IMG/VR virus record: IMGVR_UViG_3300024257_000004
Direction: 5' to 3' (one strand)
Source of the DNA: a virus
Lineage: Duplodnaviria > Heunggongvirae > Uroviricota > Caudoviricetes > Schitoviridae
DNA: 21,022 nt
Shown here: positions 16,758-21,022 of the stretch, piece after piece
Numbering within the stretch: the first letter of the stretch is position 1
How the letters are laid out: every line of letters starts with the position of its first letter
Notes under the pieces: model-generated
Seen by the model: only the letters and a program-made list of their open reading frames with translations
Told to the model about the DNA's origin: nothing
The model's database searches: none
Program-made: the position numbers and the translations under genes

Positions 16758-16853
16758 TTTATAGTAGAAAGCTTCTGCTTCAATAGCGATGCTTTCTAAA
16801 TTCTTTTTGTGAGCTGCTGCAAATGCTTCAGCTTCGATTTGTAAGTTATTCAT
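16746..16853 (-). CDS. Unannotated 35-aa peptide with an IEAEAF repeat
   Basis: ATG at 16853 with AAGGA 6 nt upstream; MNNLQIEAEAFAAAHKKNLESIAIEAEAFYYKLCS*; TAG at 16746-16748 overlaps the vRNAP C-part 3' end by 12 nt. Confidence 0.6.
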   Translation of the reverse strand: MNNLQIEAEAFAAAHKKNLESIAIEAEAFYYKLCS

Positions 16854-16900
16854 AAAATTTCCTTTTGTATTATTAAGTTCCTGCATAATGCAGTGTCGTT

Positions 16901-17128
16901 TTACCACCAGCCAAAAAATTGACCTAAACCGTGGAACCAGCCTACAGGTGGTACAAGAGCTCCAGCTATAAGAAGTAAATACTTCTCAGTTTGAAAACAG
17001 TACACTAGGTGGTTAATAAATGGTGCTACTAGCAGTATAATACCCGCTATAACGCTTAGTATACCAACCACACCCTTATACGTGTACTTAAAATCAGACC
17101 ATTTACGTTTAATAGTTTCTCTAGTCAT
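16901..17128 (-). CDS. Small two-helix membrane protein (75 aa), function unknown
   Basis: Hydrophobic GVVGILSVIAGIILLVAPFI and YLLLIAGALVPPVGWFHG; start overlaps the upstream stop (TAATG at 17126-17130). Confidence 0.7.
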   Translation of the reverse strand: MTRETIKRKWSDFKYTYKGVVGILSVIAGIILLVAPFINHLVYCFQTEKYLLLIAGALVPPVGWFHGLGQFFGWW

Positions 17129-17454
17129 TATTTGCTACTAGTCTGTTCTTTTTCGAATAATTTCTGTCTAAGAAGATAACCTTCTAGCATCCATATCTTG
17201 TCTTTAGCATTAGTAAAAGCAATACCTTCACCAATTTCTTGGTCAAAGTTAGCTGGACTAGCGCATGCAGATTCACCTGTTACAGTGAAACCATTTACAA
17301 GGGTAACGCAACAAACAGTTAATATCCCATTAAATACGTGGTATTCAATTGATTTGATAGCGTTATCAATGTCGGCTGGAGACAGTCTAGGGGCATTAAG
17401 TCCCTTCCGTTGGATTAGACATTCAACTTCTTGGTCGTTTAGTGATTTAGCCAT
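17128..17454 (-). CDS. N4 gp49/Sf6 gp66-family protein (PF13876), candidate Acb4-type cyclic-nucleotide sponge (108 aa)
   Basis: LTVCCVTLVNGFTVTGESACASPANFDQEIGEGIAFTNAKDKIWMLEGYLLRQKL fits the family pattern NGFtVtGeSaC.spenFd.eiG..iA..nA..kiW.lEGYlL. Lies near the vRNAP on the opposite strand, as N4 gp49 does. Confidence 0.8.
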   Translation of the reverse strand: MAKSLNDQEVECLIQRKGLNAPRLSPADIDNAIKSIEYHVFNGILTVCCVTLVNGFTVTGESACASPANFDQEIGEGIAFTNAKDKIWMLEGYLLRQKLFEKEQTSSK

Positions 17455-17960
17455 TATGACCTCCTGTCTAGTATTGCTTGTAATTTAGGTTCAGGTGCAT
17501 ATAGAGACTCCCAATCTGCAGGTTTAGTAATCTTACCTTGCGAGTCTTTATTATTTCCCTTCATTTCATTAGCTGTATGAACTACTTGTAGTCCCTCAAC
17601 AATGTGCTCAGGAGTTAGTCCAAGCTTGTGTAGAGAACCAATGGCGAAGTAAAGCTGATCAAGATGTTTGTCAAATCTATCTACATCAGGGATATTTATA
17701 GGTACCTGCAATGCTCCTGACTCTGGCAATGAACATGAATTGATAATCAATCTAGACCATTCCTTTGCTGAAGTTTCTCCATTGAAGTCTGACCTAATTG
17801 AATTCTGTAAATCATATAGGTCGAACCCCTCGAGTGCTTCCTCAATAGGATATGCTGATTCGGTTGCATCATCATACGATCCGCGTGGGTATCCCCATAC
17901 AACTTCATTTAGCTTACAAATACCTTCGATTAATTCGAAGGCTTGCTTTTTATGCGTCAT
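17454..17960 (-). CDS. MazG-like / PRA-PH-like all-alpha nucleoside triphosphate pyrophosphohydrolase (168 aa)
   Basis: IEEALE, DKHLDQLYFAIGSLHKLG, VVHTANEMK and GKITKP match the EE..E / D..D..Y..G / V..sN.sK / GK..KP layout of DR2231-type MazG-like proteins. Confidence 0.7.
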   Translation of the reverse strand: MTHKKQAFELIEGICKLNEVVWGYPRGSYDDATESAYPIEEALEGFDLYDLQNSIRSDFNGETSAKEWSRLIINSCSLPESGALQVPINIPDVDRFDKHLDQLYFAIGSLHKLGLTPEHIVEGLQVVHTANEMKGNNKDSQGKITKPADWESLYAPEPKLQAILDRRS

Positions 17961-17962
17961 AA

Positions 17963-18454
17963 CTAGTCCCTATGCGCCATAGCAGCTAATTGCTGCAGTA
18001 AGGCAGGAGATACTGCGTAGTTACCCTCGATGATATCTTCCAGTGATGACCTAAGTGCTTCCTCTGCTAACTCATCGATAGTTAATCGGTCTAAGTCTAG
18101 ATTATCAGGCTCAGCATCGTCTAACTGCTCTATGTGGTCTATAAGGGATTGCAGGTTAAAGCTGGCTTCTTGTTCCTCATAGTCGTCCTCATCAGAACCG
18201 ACTGCAGCGTCAACTAAGTCCTCAACAGCTTCATCCACTAGTTGCTTACAGCAGTTGAATAGGTTATCACCTTCTTCTGGTACACCTTCAGTTATTACGT
18301 CACCATTGTAGTAGACTGTAATACAAGGTTCAGTACCTTCTTGGTCTAAGTCAATAGCTAATTCTCCACCGTCTAACACTGCATTGTCGCATACTAAATC
18401 AACGTATGCTCTAATCGCTGGGAAGTTAGTATCAATTTGTGCTTGCGTAAACAT
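17963..18454 (-). CDS. Highly acidic hypothetical protein (163 aa), candidate DNA mimic
   Basis: By hand count 42 Asp/Glu versus 5 Lys/Arg. Start overlaps the HU stop (TAATG at 18452-18456). Confidence 0.7.
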   Translation of the reverse strand: MFTQAQIDTNFPAIRAYVDLVCDNAVLDGGELAIDLDQEGTEPCITVYYNGDVITEGVPEEGDNLFNCCKQLVDEAVEDLVDAAVGSDEDDYEEQEASFNLQSLIDHIEQLDDAEPDNLDLDRLTIDELAEEALRSSLEDIIEGNYAVSPALLQQLAAMAHRD

Positions 18455-18726
18455 TACGCTGTTACCGCTTGCTTAAATGCTGATGCTGCTTTGAATTTAG
18501 GTACTCGTTTCTCTTGAGATTCCCAAGCCTTACCGTTCATAGTTCCTGATTTAGCTGCTTGCACATGTGGGTAAAATTTACCTAATCCGCTGATAACTAC
18601 TTCGTTACCTTCTGCAACTTCACCTGTTACCGTTCCAATTAAACACTCAACTACTCTCGTAGCTGCTGCTTTTGATTCGATATCATCTAATTCCGCGATT
18701 CTGTTAATTAATTCTGCTTTATTCAT
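18454..18726 (-). CDS. hup: HU-family DNA-binding protein (90 aa)
   Basis: MNKAELI N-terminus, GNEVVISGLGKF, KRVPKFKAASAFKQAV; AAGGAG RBS at 18736-18741. The usual R-G-R-N-P arm reads KSGTMNGK here. Confidence 0.92.
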   Translation of the reverse strand: MNKAELINRIAELDDIESKAAATRVVECLIGTVTGEVAEGNEVVISGLGKFYPHVQAAKSGTMNGKAWESQEKRVPKFKAASAFKQAVTA

Positions 18727-18756
18727 ATTTATATTCTCCTTTGGGTTAATGATCCC

Positions 18757-18762
18757 ATTATA
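18757..18762 (-). promoter_or_regulatory. Consensus -10 box TATAAT upstream of HU
   Basis: The + strand ATTATA at 18757-18762 reads TATAAT on the - strand, 30 nt upstream of the HU ATG. No TTGACA -35, as is common in Campylobacterota. Confidence 0.5.
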
Positions 18763-18774
18763 TGACGACTTATT

Positions 18775-18843
18775 GCTCTTGCTCTCCTAGGGGCGTTACT
18801 ACTAGTGTCCACGGCGAAAAAGTGTGGAATATCGCACAAGAGC
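18775..18843 (-). other. Non-coding element foldable as a three-stem RNA structure
   Basis: GCTCTTG (18775-81) pairs with CAAGAGC (18837-43), enclosing CTAG/CTAG (18787-90, 18802-05) and TCCAC/GTGGA (18808-12, 18824-28). GC-richer than its flanks, no ORF. Confidence 0.35.
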
Positions 18844-18852
18844 GGTGTGTGA

Positions 18853-19053
18853 TTAAGCTCCAGCCATTAGTTGACCGTAAATCAACTTCTGGTTACAAGC
18901 TATATTTGTATATGCTATACCGGCAGCTGACGTATTAGTTACTTTAGTGTAGTAATTACCAACTCGTTGCGCTTTAGGTGTTTTATCGTTTGCGGCGATT
19001 ACGCCGTTTTCACTCCAAGCTCTTCTATTCATATATTCTGGTAGTGATCCCAT
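18853..19053 (-). CDS. Hypothetical protein (66 aa)
   Basis: AAAGGAG RBS before the ATG; fills the gap after thyX; no family recognised. Confidence 0.6.
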   Translation of the reverse strand: MGSLPEYMNRRAWSENGVIAANDKTPKAQRVGNYYTKVTNTSAAGIAYTNIACNQKLIYGQLMAGA

Positions 19054-19074
19054 ATTGTCTCCTTTATTTAGTTA

Positions 19075-19785
19075 TTATTCTGACTCTGCGGCCATACATC
19101 CTTCGAAAAGGTACTTGTGATCCTCAGGTAAGGCATCGAATATAGCATTAGCTAAGTCTCTGATTTCCCATAATGCTGCTTTAGCTGAACGTAGTGCTAA
19201 GAAATTCTGTAAAGATCTAGCATTGATAGTCCAAGCTAACTCAGTCTTGTAGGACTCAGGTAAACAGTACTTAGCTTTGTCATTAGATACACCTATTGCT
19301 AATACAGTACGTAGTCCTTCTAGTGCTAAGCAGGATTGCTGATCTACTACCGAATCTCCAGTATAAACTAAATACTTACTAGCTCGTTCCATATCATATG
19401 ACGCAGTAAATCTATCATCAGAATACATTACAAAAGCATCCTCTTCTTTCAGTTCTTTGAGTGTGTAGCGAGTTGACTTCACACTAGGACTAGCTATTCT
19501 ATGTCTGGCTAGTTCTTGTAGTAATGCCCTAGACACCTCTGATATATCAAATGAGTATGAAATGTGCTCCAGTGTAGAGGCGTGCTTGAATTTGTTACCC
19601 ACACGTTCTATAAGTTCTCTGTCTTTAGGACCGCATACAACAACGCCATCTCTGTTTATGCTAGCAGGCCTATCGTCTATAAACGTATCCGATTTGTCTC
19701 CGCTAGCCCAACATTTACGAATAGCGTGTGAGGCTATATGTAATGGTGTGTGGTGTAATAATTGTACTGTTGGTTTATTACTCAT
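19075..19785 (-). CDS. thyX: FAD-dependent thymidylate synthase ThyX (236 aa)
   Basis: KHASTLEH, SRALLQELARHRIASPSVKSTRY (RHR-x7-S-x-R ThyX motif), WTINARSLQNFLALRS, WEIRDLA. Confidence 0.97.
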   Translation of the reverse strand: MSNKPTVQLLHHTPLHIASHAIRKCWASGDKSDTFIDDRPASINRDGVVVCGPKDRELIERVGNKFKHASTLEHISYSFDISEVSRALLQELARHRIASPSVKSTRYTLKELKEEDAFVMYSDDRFTASYDMERASKYLVYTGDSVVDQQSCLALEGLRTVLAIGVSNDKAKYCLPESYKTELAWTINARSLQNFLALRSAKAALWEIRDLANAIFDALPEDHKYLFEGCMAAESE

Positions 19786-19991
19786 GTAATTTCTCCTATT
19801 ATGTTTTGTTTAGTTTTAAGTGCCTCGATCTCAGCTCGAACAGTTATTATTTCTTGCCTAAATTCCATTCTAAGTTCATTGATAGCACTGCTAATTTTGG
19901 CATCAGTTGCTAGTCTCTGAGCTCTAAATTCTTTGCCAACCTTTTCTCCCATTTCTTTATAGTTTGGTAGTTGCTGGTTACCCAGTACCAT
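19782..19991 (-). CDS. Hypothetical coiled-coil protein (69 aa)
   Basis: Heptad-like ISSAINELRMEFRQEIITVRAEIEALK; ATGA overlap with the thyX start; 5' end overlaps the upstream gene by 14 nt. Confidence 0.6.
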   Translation of the reverse strand: MVLGNQQLPNYKEMGEKVGKEFRAQRLATDAKISSAINELRMEFRQEIITVRAEIEALKTKQNIIGEIT

Positions 19992-20325
19992 TTTGCTGTT
20001 CCATTTCTGCTATAAGAAACTCCACGTAGTGCTTGGCTTTACGGAGGTCTTCAAGTCCATTCTTATCTTTATACCTAGTTACATACTTTACTACGTTACC
20101 TTGGCAAAAACTAAGGTCATTAGCCATTATGTATTCCAACGGCTGTATACCTTTATTCTTGTAATGGTCACCTCCATGTTGAATGTCAAATGGGCTAGGT
20201 TTAGTAGGTTCCGGTTCATCTTTACATACATGAAGTAATCCGTCATAATGTGTTACACCGCACAGCGGGCATGTGTCCGATACTGGTGTGTACTCTGTTG
20301 TTATGTAATCGTATGGGCTTCCCAT
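19978..20325 (-). CDS. DUF3310 / T7 gp1.7-like nucleotide kinase with an N-terminal Cys/His motif (115 aa)
   Basis: GGDHYKNKGIQPLEYIMANDLSFCQGNVVKYVTRYKDKNGLEDLRKAKHYVEFLI is a typical DUF3310 core; N-terminal CPLC-x3-H-x5-H-x-C; TGATG overlap with the RNR gene. Confidence 0.8.
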   Translation of the reverse strand: MGSPYDYITTEYTPVSDTCPLCGVTHYDGLLHVCKDEPEPTKPSPFDIQHGGDHYKNKGIQPLEYIMANDLSFCQGNVVKYVTRYKDKNGLEDLRKAKHYVEFLIAEMEQQNGTG

Positions 20326-21022
20326 CAGTTATCCTTCTTATCAAATTTACTTAGGTCGTTTCTAACTTGACCAACTTGGTACGATACATTATCAATTTCT
20401 TGCAGTGCTGATGCTTTACCGTTAATGTTTCTGTATTCATCGAACCATTGTTCGATATCATTCTTCTGTACATTATAGATAGGTTCAAGTTTAAGTTCCT
20501 TAAGCCGTCTATCTGTCCAGTACTGAATGAAGTGATTACAGATTTCCTGGTTAAATCCAGGCACCGCACCATCTTCAAGTAGGTACTTAGCCCACTCCAT
20601 TTCACGTTCTGCTGTCTCCTTAGCCATGTTAGTAGCTAATTCCTTGAACCATCCTGAGTTAAACAGGTGTGCTGTAGTAGTTGACTTGCTTAGTCTACGC
20701 AGTGCTGTTGATCCAGTTGCTGTGTGTACAGACATCTCATCAGTAGCAATTTTAATCAGCAGTTGGCTAAAACCTTGTGCACAGTTATCGTACGCTTTAT
20801 TCAATGTCCATGAAGTAAAGAACGAGAACGGGAATTTGATACCTTCTAAGAAGAATACACCTAGTAGTAACTCAATTAGTAACTTTTGGTGTTCTTCTGA
20901 GTCCGTCCACCCCGATTTAACTGCTGATATAAATCTTTCAGCTAGATCAAGTTCAAGCTCGATACGTCCCATGATGTGAGGATCAGTGTAGATGATGTCC
21001 AGGAATTCTTGCGCTTTAGCAC
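20325..21022 (-). CDS. nrdB: Class I ribonucleotide reductase beta (R2) subunit, 5'-truncated by the window edge
   Basis: LEGIKFPFSF (EGIxF), IATDEMSVH, YWTDRRLKEL...PIY, C-terminal LQEIDNVSY. The frame stays open from the ORF-track ATG (20972) to the window end (AKAQEFLDIIYTDPHI-M), so the true start lies outside. Confidence 0.88.
   Translation of the reverse strand, partial: AKAQEFLDIIYTDPHIMGRIELELDLAERFISAVKSGWTDSEEHQKLLIELLLGVFFLEGIKFPFSFFTSWTLNKAYDNCAQGFSQLLIKIATDEMSVHTATGSTALRRLSKSTTTAHLFNSGWFKELATNMAKETAEREMEWAKYLLEDGAVPGFNQEICNHFIQYWTDRRLKELKLEPIYNVQKNDIEQWFDEYRNINGKASALQEIDNVSYQVGQVRNDLSKFDKKDN

Noticed and set aside
16881-16893. 5-bp stem, 3-nt loop hairpin (and the similar one at 4919-4933) as N4-type vRNAP promoters
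   Set aside because: Template-strand loops (TAA, GTT) do not fit the purine-rich GNA/GNG-type N4 loop, the predicted start positions do not fit, and vRNAP promoters are expected in the early region, not here.
18727-18852. tRNA gene in the GC-richer spacer
   Set aside because: No GTTCRA T-loop, D-loop or 7-nt anticodon loop on either strand.
20970-20972. ATG 20972 as the start of nrdB
   Set aside because: The frame is open to the window edge and 215 aa lacks the N-terminal metal ligands of R2; this is an internal Met.
17198-20979. + strand ORFs 17198..17488, 17668..17982, 19562..19789, 19728..19913, 19993..20238, 20626..20979 and the - strand alternate-frame ORF 20351..20605
   Set aside because: Overlap better-supported - strand genes (gp49-like, MazG-like, thyX, DUF3310, nrdB) and show no family signal.
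1-21022. CRISPR arrays, transposases, integrase, rRNA, group I/II introns or homing endonucleases
   Set aside because: No regularly spaced direct repeats or relevant motifs seen; nearly all sequence is accounted for by tightly packed phage genes.

Overview
Part of an AT-rich, N4-like (Schitoviridae-related) tailed phage genome, probably infecting Campylobacterota (inferred from the ThyX type, AAGGA ribosome-binding sites and TTAAGC-like promoter motifs). On the + strand (1-16757) is the virion/ejection module: the end of a structural gene, putative counterparts of N4 gp54, gp53, gp52 and gp51 (assigned by size and order), and a giant virion RNA polymerase (vRNAP). The vRNAP is split in frame (TAA-ATG at 12687-12692) into a 2579-aa part carrying all single-subunit polymerase motifs and a 1355-aa part carrying an HExxH motif. 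On the - strand (16746-21022) is a convergent, translationally coupled run of middle-type genes: RNR beta subunit (partial), DUF3310/gp1.7-like kinase, thyX, HU, a very acidic protein, a MazG-like pyrophosphatase, an N4 gp49/Acb4-like protein and small hypotheticals. Three vRNAP features stand out. (1) The only three cysteines in 3934 residues sit on either side of the split, suggesting a disulfide or metal clasp. (2) The motif B tyrosine that discriminates rNTP from dNTP (T7 Y639, N4 Y678) is naturally Phe. (3) The N-terminus carries an interrupted thermonuclease (SNase)-like signature. All family assignments come from motifs recognised by eye; no database searches were run.
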